Shown here: positions 47,062-56,419 of the stretch, one piece after another
Layout of the letters: the number at the start of each line of letters is the position of its first letter
Numbering within the stretch: position 1 is the stretch's first letter
Assembly: GCA_037441475.1 (NCBI GenBank)
Contig: JBBISB010000001.1
Location: forward strand, 136,163 to 200,162
Length of the DNA stretch: 64,000 nucleotides
DNA from: Candidatus Iainarchaeum sp.
Lineage (GTDB): Archaea > Iainarchaeota > Iainarchaeia > Iainarchaeales > CSSED10-239
Direction of reading: 5' to 3'
Program-made: the position numbers and the translations under genes
Notes under the pieces: model-generated
The model's input: only the letters and a program-made list of their open reading frames with translations
Databases searched by the model: none
Told to the model about the DNA's origin: nothing

Positions 47062-47130
47062 ATGTAAATAAATTTTACAAAACTATTTAATGTAAAATAG
47101 ATTTTAATAAATAAAAAAAAGAAAAGAAAA

Positions 47131-47415
47131 CTATTCTGCTTTAATTTCAGTTTTCTTCATTCTCTTTGGTATAACAAAGTAACTCTTTGCTTTACACACT
47201 AAACATTCTGCTGTATAAACAGGTTTTTTATTCTGCTTTTTAACAGGCTTTATTAATTTAGCTTTTCCACCATAACCAGACTTATGCTTTGCTTCATTTT
47301 TTCTAGTTCCAATAGACATAGCTCTTGCTTTCTTAGGCTTATATGCCTTTAATTTTTGTTCTGAATGTTTTTTACATTTTTTACAATATCTTTTTACTGT
47401 TTTTGGAAGGTTCAT
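47131..47415 (-). CDS. rpl44e: Ribosomal protein eL42 (L44e)
   Basis: MNLPKTVKRYCKKCKKHSEQKL...TAECLVCKAKSYFVIPKRMKK: C4 zinc ribbon and basic composition diagnostic of archaeal/eukaryotic L44e. Confidence 0.9.
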   Translation of the reverse strand: MNLPKTVKRYCKKCKKHSEQKLKAYKPKKARAMSIGTRKNEAKHKSGYGGKAKLIKPVKKQNKKPVYTAECLVCKAKSYFVIPKRMKKTEIKAE

Positions 47416-47523
47416 ATCATTTCACTCTTTTTATAAATTTTAATTTTTTTAAATAAGTTGTTCACTCTTACTTTTATATAATATATATGAGCAAGCTTTA
47501 AAAACAAATTGTTTTTTAAACTT

Positions 47524-49428
47524 TTAAGAAAAAAACTTAAAAATCTCCTCTTTATATTCCTTAGTTTTAATAAACTTAATACTTCTTGGAAGATGACGCC
47601 TGTAGTTATCCCATTCATACCTTGAGTCAAGATAAACAATTACTCCTTTATCCTTCTCACTTCTAATAACCCTACCAGCACTCTGTACAACTTTTTGTAA
47701 AGCCGGTTGAATATAAGCATACTGCCATCCTTTCTTATAGATCTTTTCATAATAATCTATTCTTGCCTTTGTATATATCTCTAATTTAGATAAAGGAATA
47801 CCAATAATAACAGCTCCTAAAAGTAAATTTCCAGGCAGGTCAATTCCTTCAGAGGCCTTTCCTCCCATAACAGCAAACAAACAAGAACCTAGAAGTCTTG
47901 AAGAGTCCTTAAATTCTGCAATCATTTTTTCAAAGTCTTCAGTTGTGCTTTCTTCCTGTTGGTATATCTTAGGCTTACTAATCTTAATATGCTTTTCAAT
48001 ATCCCTCATCATCTCAAAACTTGGGAAAAAAACAACAGTGTTTCCTGGTATGGAGTTTACAACATCAGAGGCAATGCCTGCAATCTTTTTATACTCGTCA
48101 TGGTTTCTATTAGTAAACTTAGTTGTTACACTGTTTATTAAAATATCAAGTCTATTTTCCTTAATGAAAGGAGAGTCATATTCTTTTAAAACAGCATTTC
48201 CCTTAAGTCCATATATCTCTTCATACATGGAAAGAGGGGTTAAGGTTCCTGACATTAAAACTGATGAAAAACAGTTTTTAAAAACATCTTTGGTTATTTT
48301 AGACACATCAAGTGCGTTGTTTTTAAGAGCTATAATGTTATTTTCAATCTTTATATACTTTACAAAATCCTCTTCCTTTATTAAAAACCAACTTTCTAAA
48401 AATAAAGCTAAGGTTACAAGAGAGGATCTAGTTTCACTTTTCTTTTCAACATAAGATATACCAGCTTCTTCAATCTCCATTATCCTTTCTTCAATATCTT
48501 CAAGATATTTAGAAGGAATAATCTCATTTTCTTTAACAAACTCTTCCTTTTCATAAAGACTTTTTTTATCCTTAAACTTAAGGTGAGCTATCTCTTCTAT
48601 TTTTTTAACAAAGTCTTTTAAGAAACTAACAACGTTCTTTTCATCAATCTCTTCTGCTTCCTTAATAGCTCTGTTTATTATGTTTGTGTTTATTGTTTTT
48701 GAAATAAGCTTAATTATTCTTTCTTCTAAGTTATGTGCTTCATCAACAATAACAATTGTTTCTTTAATATCCATGTTTATTTCAGCAAGGAAGGTTGAGG
48801 ATATTCTTTTTGAGAATAAATGGTTATAGTCTGCAATAACCAATTGACATTCTCTTGCAAATATCTTTGAAAATTCATAAGGGCATAATGGCATTGGTTT
48901 TCCTTTTAAGGACTTAAACTCATAGGAGATGTTTTTTGAGTTTTCTGAGGTTAGAATGGTTAAGCCTCTATTCTCTCTCTCTATCAATTGTTCTGTAATC
49001 TCTCTTTCTGTTTTGTTAATAGGTTTTACATTCATAAAGAAAGGGCATTGTTTATTTAGGCATGCATTTTTACAAACTTCATAAAAACCAGTCTTTACTT
49101 GTGAGATTCCAGGTTCAATACAAAGGTTTCTTTTCCCTACAAAATCAATTGCTTTTATTTTTAAGTTATACTTAAAGTTAAGTTCTCTAATAACTTCTAA
49201 GGCTATCTTATGTTGTGAGGTTTTAGGTGTTAAAAAAAGTATTTTTTTATTATTTTCAAGAGCATAACTTATGGCTGCTGAAAGAGAGGCATCTGTTTTT
49301 CCTGTTCCTGTAGGTGCATGTAATATTATGTTTTTTCTATTTTCAAAGGCTTCAAGTATGTCTATAATGATTTGTTTCTGTCCTTCTCTAAAGGAAGAAT
49401 GTCTGAAGTATATTTTCTTAAGTGGCAT
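47524..49428 (-). CDS. xpd: XPD/Rad3 (DinG-family) Fe-S DNA helicase
   Basis: Walker A LHAPTGTGKT, DEAH box VIVDEAHNL, four-Cys Fe-S domain (CIEPG..C.NAC..KQCPF..CPYEF), C-terminal helicase motifs ..QSAGRVIRSEKDKGVIVYLD. Confidence 0.8.
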   Translation of the reverse strand: MPLKKIYFRHSSFREGQKQIIIDILEAFENRKNIILHAPTGTGKTDASLSAAISYALENNKKILFLTPKTSQHKIALEVIRELNFKYNLKIKAIDFVGKRNLCIEPGISQVKTGFYEVCKNACLNKQCPFFMNVKPINKTEREITEQLIERENRGLTILTSENSKNISYEFKSLKGKPMPLCPYEFSKIFARECQLVIADYNHLFSKRISSTFLAEINMDIKETIVIVDEAHNLEERIIKLISKTINTNIINRAIKEAEEIDEKNVVSFLKDFVKKIEEIAHLKFKDKKSLYEKEEFVKENEIIPSKYLEDIEERIMEIEEAGISYVEKKSETRSSLVTLALFLESWFLIKEEDFVKYIKIENNIIALKNNALDVSKITKDVFKNCFSSVLMSGTLTPLSMYEEIYGLKGNAVLKEYDSPFIKENRLDILINSVTTKFTNRNHDEYKKIAGIASDVVNSIPGNTVVFFPSFEMMRDIEKHIKISKPKIYQQEESTTEDFEKMIAEFKDSSRLLGSCLFAVMGGKASEGIDLPGNLLLGAVIIGIPLSKLEIYTKARIDYYEKIYKKGWQYAYIQPALQKVVQSAGRVIRSEKDKGVIVYLDSRYEWDNYRRHLPRSIKFIKTKEYKEEIFKFFS

Positions 49429-49600
49429 GTGTTTTCTTATAATCTTTATTTGTTTTCTTTATGTTTTTTTAAAAGAAGATATAATATATTGTTTCTAAAG
49501 TAATATATACCTTTTGTAGGTTTCTGTCTTTGATAAAATAGTTTATAAAGCTTTCTTAGGTAATATATTGATCATATATTTATAATGCGTGTGAAAAAAT

Positions 49601-50413
49601 ATGGACTTTAAAAAAATAAAATCTTTAGCTATTTATTACTTTTCAGGAACAGGAAATACCTTCTTTATCTCTGATCTTTATAAAAAGAACTTCCTGCTTA
49701 AAAGCATCTCAGTTGATTTTCTTCCAATAGAAAGTATAGAGGTTGTTTCAAGCCAAGGAAAGTATGATATGCTTGTAATAGCTTTTCCTGTCCATGCTTT
49801 TAAAGCGCCTAAGATGGTTGAGGATTTTGTAAAATCACTTCCTTTAACAACCACTAATAAACCAGTTTTGCTTCTTGCAAGCTGTGGGGGTATGCCAGGC
49901 TCTTCTTTTAGTTTTTTAAGAAAGATTCTTTTAAAGAAAGGGTATCATGTAGCCTCTATCTTTTACTATTCAATGCCAAACAATGTTTCTTTCATGTTTT
50001 CAAAAGACTTAATACCTGAAGAAGAGATTAAACAAAAAATATATCTTGCAAAAGAAAAAATAGAAAATGACTTTAATAAGCTTTACAAGGGAGAGGAGGA
50101 GATTATTAAGTCTAATATCTTTGTAAAAGCCTTTTCAAATATTGTTTTTTATTTTTTAAAAAAATCTTTAAAAAAGAACAAATGGGTTGTTGACATGAAC
50201 AAATGTACTTTATGTGAAATTTGTTCTAAAAACTGTCCAACTCAAAACATCACTGTTAAAAAACAAAAAAATGAGGTTAAGTTTTCTGATAAGTGTATAA
50301 TGTGCACTAAATGTTATAACTTCTGTCCAGTTAATGCCATTAACTATAAGTCTGAAAAAACAAAAGATTATAGAAGATATTTTCTTTTTAGAAAGGATAC
50401 TATAAAAAAATAA
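49601..50413 (+). CDS. Flavodoxin-like domain fused to a 2x[4Fe-4S] ferredoxin domain
   Basis: N-terminal YYFSGTGNT flavodoxin-like motif. C-terminal CTLCEICSKNCP and CIMCTKCYNFCP cluster-binding motifs. Confidence 0.65.
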   Translation: MDFKKIKSLAIYYFSGTGNTFFISDLYKKNFLLKSISVDFLPIESIEVVSSQGKYDMLVIAFPVHAFKAPKMVEDFVKSLPLTTTNKPVLLLASCGGMPGSSFSFLRKILLKKGYHVASIFYYSMPNNVSFMFSKDLIPEEEIKQKIYLAKEKIENDFNKLYKGEEEIIKSNIFVKAFSNIVFYFLKKSLKKNKWVVDMNKCTLCEICSKNCPTQNITVKKQKNEVKFSDKCIMCTKCYNFCPVNAINYKSEKTKDYRRYFLFRKDTIKK

Positions 50414-50429
50414 AAAGAATGATTTATTA

Positions 50430-50720
50430 ATGAGAAAGATATTGTTAATATTATTATTACTAATAATGCTACTGCCTTCCTTTACCTTTGCAAGGGCTTT
50501 ATCCATTGATTCTTACAACATAGATTATACTTTAAACAAAGATGGAATTGTAAATGTTTCTGAAAAATTACAGTATACCTTAAATGGATGTTACACAGAA
50601 CTTTACCTTCAAAAACCAACTTCCTTAAAGATATTAAATGCAAGTGGTTTTTGTGAAGATAAAGAGTGTACCTTTAGGCATGACTTAACAAACACACCTA
50701 GAAGTAAGTTGTGTTTTTAA
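50430..50720 (+). CDS. Small secreted protein (96 aa), DUF2207 N-terminal-like
   Basis: Signal peptide MRKILLILLLLIMLLPSFTFA, then SIDSYNIDYTLNKDGIVNVSEKLQYTL resembling the start of DUF2207 ectodomains. Confidence 0.35.
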   Translation: MRKILLILLLLIMLLPSFTFARALSIDSYNIDYTLNKDGIVNVSEKLQYTLNGCYTELYLQKPTSLKILNASGFCEDKECTFRHDLTNTPRSKLCF

Positions 50721-50842
50721 AAGTTATGTTTAAAGAGAAAAAAGAAGATAAAAGATAAAAACCTTAGAGTAAAAAAGAAAAACAAAGATTAAAAAGAAAA
50801 ACAAAGTATTTATAAATCAATTTCATAAATATATTTAGTATT

Positions 50843-51517
50843 ATGGTAAAGATAGATAACTATTATAAAGTAGTTGCTTCAACTTTTGGTATTGCATACG
50901 TTATTGGTGTAATCATTGCTTTAATCTATGCATATAGAGGAGAACTAGTTGTAGAGACAAGTAAAAGCTTTATTCAAAATCTAACACTTACAAACGCCAT
51001 ATATTTCAAACAAACCTTATATGAAATATTTAACAACTCCTTAGATCTTTTTGTAACACCATTTGCATACCTTGTTGCAGCTATACAGTATGCATACGTT
51101 CATGTAGATCTTTTAACATCCTCCTTTTTAGGACAAATAAAGTTATTGGTTGAACTAATACCACAGTTTCTTTTCTTTATATCCTATATCATCTTTTCAA
51201 CCTTAGGTCTTAAAACCATTTTATTAATAGTTAAAACATTTTTAAACAACTTAATAATTAAAGAAAATAAATATAAAATAAAACAGAAGTTTTTTACAAA
51301 AGAAGATATTAAGCTATTGTATATAGCTTTACTTTCAATAGTTATAGGAACAACAATACAAACACACTTGATAAAGGTGTTGTTTATTTTCTTTATAAAC
51401 TTAAAATCAATTGCTTTTATCTTAATTGGTATTATATATTTGTTAATAGTCCTTCTTTCAGTATATATAACCTTTAAGATAGTTAGTGAATACTTAAAAA
51501 CATATAAAAAAGAATAA
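50843..51517 (+). CDS. Integral membrane protein (224 aa, ~6 TM), unknown function
   Basis: Hydrophobic segments throughout. ATG start with AT-rich upstream. Confidence 0.45.
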   Translation: MVKIDNYYKVVASTFGIAYVIGVIIALIYAYRGELVVETSKSFIQNLTLTNAIYFKQTLYEIFNNSLDLFVTPFAYLVAAIQYAYVHVDLLTSSFLGQIKLLVELIPQFLFFISYIIFSTLGLKTILLIVKTFLNNLIIKENKYKIKQKFFTKEDIKLLYIALLSIVIGTTIQTHLIKVLFIFFINLKSIAFILIGIIYLLIVLLSVYITFKIVSEYLKTYKKE

Positions 51518-51520
51518 AAT

Positions 51521-54043
51521 ATGAGTCTTGACTTTACAGATAACATTGTTGTTGGAAGAAAACAAAGCGATATTGATAAATACGCAGAAAAAGCAACAGG
51601 GTATTTAGGAAAAGTAGTTGTCTCTGGTGGAGATGATCCTGTTTTAGGTAAAAAAGTATTAATGGATCTTTCAAGATCACATGTTATGATAATCTGTGGT
51701 AAGCGTGGTGGAGGAAAGTGCGTAACTGGAGACACTTTAATAGCCTTAGAAGATGGTAGAGAGATACCTATAAAAGACTTAGAAAAAGAAAAAACAAAAA
51801 TAATCTCTTTAAATCAAAATCTAAAAATAGAAAAAGGAAAAGTAGAAAAATTTTTAAAAAGAAAAGTAAATGAAATAATTGAAATTAAGCTTAGAAGTGG
51901 AAAAGAAATAAAACTTACACCAGAACACCCTCTTTTAACAGTTGAAGGATGGAAAGAAGCAAAGGAACTTAAAGTTAAATCAAGAGTAGCAACCCCTAGA
52001 AAATTAAATAACATAGGAACAGAAAAAATAGAGATTGAAAAAATAAAAATAATAGCATACCTTCTTGCAGAAGGGCATCTTTCAAACAAAGTAGTTCTTT
52101 TTTGTAATAGTGATGAAAAAATAGTTGATGACTTTAAAAAAGCAGTAAAAGACTTTGATAAAGAACTTGACTTTACAGAAATTGGAAAATACAACTATAA
52201 GGTTATATGGGATAAAGCAAAAAAAGAACATTTTCAAAAAGGGACTTTAAAAGAATACCTTAAGAAAATTGGTATGTATGGTAAGCTTGCATACGAAAAA
52301 GAAATACCAGAAATGATATTTAAACAAACAAAAGAAAGACTTTCACTTTTCTTAAACAGACTATTTAGCTGTGATGGAGGCATATACTTTGAAGAAAAGA
52401 ACAGGTGTAGGATAAGCTACTCCTCTTCCTCTAAGAAAATGATTTTACAGGTACAAGGGTTATTATTAAAGCTTGATATACTATCTAAAATAAGAAGAAA
52501 AAAGACTCTAAGAAGAGATAACTATGAGCTTGAAATATTAGAACAAGATGTTAATAAATATATATCAGATATAGGGTTTATTGGAGACAAAGAAGAAAAG
52601 GCAAAAAAGTTTAAACTAAAAATTAAAAATCCAAATATAGATACTGTGCCAAAAGAAATATGGAAAGACTTTAAGCCTAATAAAAGTTGGAAAGAAATTG
52701 GAATTGAGTTCAATTACAAACAACCAAAGGCCTTGAGAAGTTCTATAAACTACTCTCCTTCAAGAGATAAACTTTTAATAATTGCAAAGAAAGAAAATAA
52801 CAAATATTTAGAACAACTTGCAACCTCAGATATATTCTGGGATGAAATTAAAGAGATTAATGTTGTTAAAAGAAAGGTTGAAGTGTATGATATTAGTGTT
52901 TTAAAAAATCATAACTTTGTTGCAAACAACATAATAATACACAACAGTTACACTTTATCTGTTGTTATGGAAGAATTTGCAAGACAACCCTTTGAAGTTA
53001 AAGATAGACTCTCTGTTATTGTTATTGACACTGTTGGCATTTTCTGGACCATGAACTACCCTAACAAAGAAGTACCTAAATCTCTTCTTTATAAATGGGA
53101 TATAAAGGCAGAAGGTATAAACATTAGAAACATGATACCAACAGGAAAGCAAGAGTTTTATAAAGAAAAAGAAATACCATTTGATGCACCTTTCTCAATA
53201 AGGACATCCCAAGTAGACTTAGAAGACTGGCTTGGGTTATTTAGGCTTACATGGAGAGATCCTGAGTCTGGTCTTCTATCAAGAACAATAGATACTTTAA
53301 AACAAAAGTTAGGAACTCTTTATGATATTGATGATATTATTAAGATAGCCTCAACAGATACAGATACAACAAAAGAAATAATTGACTCACTTATAAACAG
53401 AATGAAGGTTGCAAAGTCCTGGGGACTATTCTCAAAATCAGGAACAACCATGAAGGAGTTTGCAAAATCAGGAACCATAACAACCATTGATGTTTCAACA
53501 TATAAGCAAGCTATTGGTATGGAATCTGTTCAAGAACTTATAGTTGGGCTTTTAGGAAAGAGACTATATGAAGAAAGAATGCTTTATAGAAAAGAAGAAG
53601 AAAAAAATCTTTTAGAAGTAAAAAGAAAAACTAGTGAAATGCCAATCATATGGATGGTAATAGATGAAGCACACATGTTCATGCCACAGGATAGGCCAAG
53701 CATGGCTTTAGATGTTTTATTACAATGGATAAGGGTTGGAAGGCAACCTGGACTTTCCTTAATCTTAGCAACACAAAGACCAAACAAACTACACTCTGAA
53801 ACCATCTCACAATGTGATTTATTTTTAAGTATGAGGATGACAGCTCAAGAGGATATTCAAGCAGTTTCCTCAATAAGACCAAGCTACCTTAACATACCAA
53901 TGGATAAATACTATGCACAAATGCCAAAAGAACAAGGGTACGCTATAATGATTGATGACAACTCTGAAAAAGTAATACTCTTAAAGATAAGACCAAGAAT
54001 AACATGGGATGGAGGAAAAACAGCTAATGTTTTTTCTGATTAA
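51521..54043 (+). CDS. HerA/DUF87-type (FtsK-HerA superfamily) ATPase whose P-loop is interrupted by an intein
   Basis: Exteins: ..HVMIICGKRGGGK|[intein]|SYTLSVVMEEF.. restore the Walker A motif GKRGGGKSYTL. Downstream Walker B IIWMVIDEAHMF and ..LILATQRPNKL.. typical of HerA/VirB4-like ATPases. Spliced size ~431 aa. Confidence 0.7.
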   Translation: MSLDFTDNIVVGRKQSDIDKYAEKATGYLGKVVVSGGDDPVLGKKVLMDLSRSHVMIICGKRGGGKCVTGDTLIALEDGREIPIKDLEKEKTKIISLNQNLKIEKGKVEKFLKRKVNEIIEIKLRSGKEIKLTPEHPLLTVEGWKEAKELKVKSRVATPRKLNNIGTEKIEIEKIKIIAYLLAEGHLSNKVVLFCNSDEKIVDDFKKAVKDFDKELDFTEIGKYNYKVIWDKAKKEHFQKGTLKEYLKKIGMYGKLAYEKEIPEMIFKQTKERLSLFLNRLFSCDGGIYFEEKNRCRISYSSSSKKMILQVQGLLLKLDILSKIRRKKTLRRDNYELEILEQDVNKYISDIGFIGDKEEKAKKFKLKIKNPNIDTVPKEIWKDFKPNKSWKEIGIEFNYKQPKALRSSINYSPSRDKLLIIAKKENNKYLEQLATSDIFWDEIKEINVVKRKVEVYDISVLKNHNFVANNIIIHNSYTLSVVMEEFARQPFEVKDRLSVIVIDTVGIFWTMNYPNKEVPKSLLYKWDIKAEGINIRNMIPTGKQEFYKEKEIPFDAPFSIRTSQVDLEDWLGLFRLTWRDPESGLLSRTIDTLKQKLGTLYDIDDIIKIASTDTDTTKEIIDSLINRMKVAKSWGLFSKSGTTMKEFAKSGTITTIDVSTYKQAIGMESVQELIVGLLGKRLYEERMLYRKEEEKNLLEVKRKTSEMPIIWMVIDEAHMFMPQDRPSMALDVLLQWIRVGRQPGLSLILATQRPNKLHSETISQCDLFLSMRMTAQEDIQAVSSIRPSYLNIPMDKYYAQMPKEQGYAIMIDDNSEKVILLKIRPRITWDGGKTANVFSD
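51719..52945 (+). mobile_element. Intein (409 aa) with a LAGLIDADG homing-endonuclease domain inserted in the ATPase P-loop
   Basis: Block A CVTGDTLIALEDG immediately after GKRGGGK. LAGLIDADG-like motifs IIAYLLAEGHLS and LNRLFSCDGGIY. Terminal block G ..NNIIIHN followed by the +1 nucleophile Ser. Confidence 0.75.
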
Positions 54044-55469
54044 AAAACTTAACCTTAGGTTTTAGTTTCTCTAAAACCTCTTTTTTTAATTTTAAATCTA
54101 AAAGCATTTTCTTTTCCTCATGGGAGAGAGAAGTAAACTCTAAAAGCCCATAAAAGACTGGTCTTTGGAAAAGAACATATTTAAAGAACCTTAAGTCTCT
54201 TCTCTCTAAAGAAGCAAGCTTTAAAGAGTAAAGGAAAGCAAACAACCTAAAGCACATTGTAAAAATAAATAAAAAGATTAAGGCTTTAAACTCAGTTCCA
54301 TAATACTTGGTTGCTAAGTTAATTATTAATGCACCTAAAAGAGTACCTATTAGGATTGCTGAAGACTGTATTATTAGGTAAAAAGAACTATGCCCTATTA
54401 AATCTCTTTTAATATTTTTATAAAGATAATTAATTAAGGAAAGATTAAAGGCACCAAAAATAACACCAAAAACAAAAATTGAATAGATCATTAAGGCATA
54501 GTTGTTATAAAGGAAAGCTGGAACTACTAAAAAGAAAGGTAAAAACAAACTACTTATCTGTAAGACCTTTGAAGGAGAGTACTTATCTGAAACATAACCC
54601 CAATAGCTTAAGCCTAAAACAGTTCCTAAAATAAAAGAGATTCTCCACCAGATATACTCAACAGTCGTATACTTTAAGTGCTCTAGAATAAAGTAAGTTA
54701 CATATGAGGTTGCAAGATGTATACCAATAAAAGAGATTACTACGAAGATTAAAAAATGCATGAAAGCCTTGTCTTTGAAAACTGCTTTTTTAAAAAAATG
54801 AAAGGTATTTTCAGTTTTCTTTTCATCAACAAGCTTTAAGATATACTCTTTATCCTCTGTTTGGTTCATTTTGTTTAGGTATCTTGAAGAGATAAGCCTA
54901 AAGATTGCTGCAAAAACAAAGATTATTGTAAAACCTAAAAAATCATTCTTGGTTTTCATAAAATCTAAAAAATAACCAATTATGAAGACTGGGATAATTG
55001 ATATAAGCTCAATTACTATGTTCTTTCTTGCTATGAAAAAACCCATCTTTGAGGTTGGAAAAAGCTTTCTTATCCAGTCCATGTAGATTGGGGTAACTAT
55101 CATTCCTGAACCTACTATTAAGGTGTAGATTAGGATTACAAGCCAGATTGTTATTTGATTTGTAAAAAAATAATTAGCAAGAGCTAAAGGTATCCATAAA
55201 AGAGCTTGAAGAGTTATAAAAGTTACAACAGCATGCTTCTTTGAATCAAATAACTTTAGTATCCTGTAAGAAATTAAAACTAGAAAGGAAGTTATGAAGA
55301 AAGGGAAGGCCTGTACTAAACCTACTTGAAAAGCATTTGCTCCTAAAGAGATTAAGTAAGGTATTAAGAAGGTTACAGCTATTGAGTTCATTAGAACCCA
55401 GAAGATACCGTCCTTTATTGAAAAAGAAAAGTCCTTTTTTATTTGGTTTTCTGATCTTCTAAACAGCAT
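54024..55469 (-). CDS. MFS-type transporter (~12 TM)
   Basis: 481 aa, two sets of six hydrophobic helices separated by a charged loop. No substrate assignment possible. Confidence 0.55.
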   Translation of the reverse strand: MLFRRSENQIKKDFSFSIKDGIFWVLMNSIAVTFLIPYLISLGANAFQVGLVQAFPFFITSFLVLISYRILKLFDSKKHAVVTFITLQALLWIPLALANYFFTNQITIWLVILIYTLIVGSGMIVTPIYMDWIRKLFPTSKMGFFIARKNIVIELISIIPVFIIGYFLDFMKTKNDFLGFTIIFVFAAIFRLISSRYLNKMNQTEDKEYILKLVDEKKTENTFHFFKKAVFKDKAFMHFLIFVVISFIGIHLATSYVTYFILEHLKYTTVEYIWWRISFILGTVLGLSYWGYVSDKYSPSKVLQISSLFLPFFLVVPAFLYNNYALMIYSIFVFGVIFGAFNLSLINYLYKNIKRDLIGHSSFYLIIQSSAILIGTLLGALIINLATKYYGTEFKALIFLFIFTMCFRLFAFLYSLKLASLERRDLRFFKYVLFQRPVFYGLLEFTSLSHEEKKMLLDLKLKKEVLEKLKPKVKFFNQKKH

Positions 55470-55543
55470 ATTAAAACACTTAAATATTTAACAAATAGTT
55501 TTTTTTGTAAAATAGATTTTCTTTTTTAAAAAAAATAAAGAAA

Positions 55544-55617
55544 GTGCTCGAAGGGGGATTCGAACCCCCGTTATCAGAGTGAGAGTCTGATGTGATTACC
55601 GGGCTACACTATTCGAG
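55544..55617 (-). tRNA. tRNA-Glu (anticodon CUC)
   Basis: rc: GCTCGAA-TA-GTGT-AGCCCGGTAATC-ACA-TCAGA-CUCUCAC-TCTGA-TAAC-GGGGG-TTCGAAT-CCCCC-TTCGAGC-A. Good acceptor, anticodon and T arms. No encoded CCA. Confidence 0.8.
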
Positions 55618-55645
55618 CTTTTTTTATTTTATTGTGAAAGGTATG

Positions 55646-55727
55646 CAAGGGACAGGATTCGAACCTGCGAAGCACTAAGCACACGGTTCTTAGCCGTGCC
55701 CCTTTGACCACTCGGGAACCCCTGCTT
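55646..55727 (-). tRNA. Class II (long variable arm) tRNA, Leu-like. Anticodon loop reads CUAAGAA, giving an apparent anticodon AAG (atypical).
   Basis: rc: GCAGGGG-TT-CCC-GAGTGGTCAAA-GGG-G-CACGG-CTAAGAA-CCGTG-TGCTTAGTGCTTCG-CAGG..TTCGAAT-CCTG-TCCCTTGC-A. 7-bp acceptor stem with a G-U pair, 14-nt variable arm, canonical T-loop. Confidence 0.65.
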
Positions 55728-55813
55728 TTTTTTATAAAGATTAAAACCTTAAAAACAAAAAGTAATATTATGATTACTATATATAATATAGAAACAAAAA
55801 GAATATAAACAAA

Positions 55814-56392
55814 TTATTTTTTTGATTTTCTTTGTTTTTTAGGTTTTTTTTCAATAACCTCTTCTTCTTCTAAAAAATCCTCTTCTTCTGAAAAGTTTTC
55901 ATCTTCTTCTGGAAAATCATCCTCTTCTGAATCTAAAGAATCTTCTTCTAGGATAGGGTTTTCATCCTCTTCTTCTGTGAAATTCTCTTCATCAGGAAAC
56001 TCCTCTTCTTCATCTAAAAACTCATCTTCTTCTTGATTTTTCTTAACACCAAGAATGTTTGTAGAAAAGCTTTGTGTGTTTGAGAAAGATATAAAGTAAA
56101 CTACTAAAAAGAAAGCACCTAAGACATAGGTTAAAACCTTATAGTAGATGTTAACATCAAACAATAAAAAAACCTTAATAAATAACAAAATTGAAAAGAA
56201 AAGTTCAAGCTTTGATAAATATCTATTCTTTTTAAAAAGTTCTAAAAAATTAATCTTAAAGAAAGCTAAAAAAGCAATTGTTACTAAACCTAAAAGAATG
56301 TATTCATTTTCAGTAAAGATAAAAGAAAGTAAGGTAAAGATAAATAAGATATATGATGCAAACTTTCTAAATAAAGAAACTATCTTATTCAT
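55814..56392 (-). CDS. Membrane protein with a highly acidic repetitive C-terminal tail
   Basis: N-terminal TM helices, then EEDEFLDEEEEFPDEENFTEEEDENPILEEDSLDSEEDDFPEEDENFSEEEDFLEEEEV followed by KKPKKQRKSKK. Confidence 0.5.
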   Translation of the reverse strand: MNKIVSLFRKFASYILFIFTLLSFIFTENEYILLGLVTIAFLAFFKINFLELFKKNRYLSKLELFFSILLFIKVFLLFDVNIYYKVLTYVLGAFFLVVYFISFSNTQSFSTNILGVKKNQEEDEFLDEEEEFPDEENFTEEEDENPILEEDSLDSEEDDFPEEDENFSEEEDFLEEEEVIEKKPKKQRKSKK

Positions 56393-56419
56393 AATCTATT
56401 TTTTACCTTATTTTTATAA

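Noticed and set aside
47412-47639. 75-aa minus-strand ORF overlapping the 3' end of the XPD helicase gene and abutting rpl44e
   Set aside because: It overlaps the helicase ORF in another frame. Low-complexity K/L/F composition. Most likely spurious.
45243-50720. Idea that CDS 50430..50720 (DUF2207 N-terminal-like) and CDS 45243..46421 (DUF2207 C-terminal-like) are two halves of one split gene
   Set aside because: They are 4 kb apart on opposite strands with unrelated genes between them. More likely they are independent proteins, or my N-terminal similarity is superficial.
51184-51735. 183-aa minus-strand ORF spanning the junction of CDS 50843..51517 and the HerA-like gene
   Set aside because: Antisense to two well-supported plus-strand genes, with no recognisable features.
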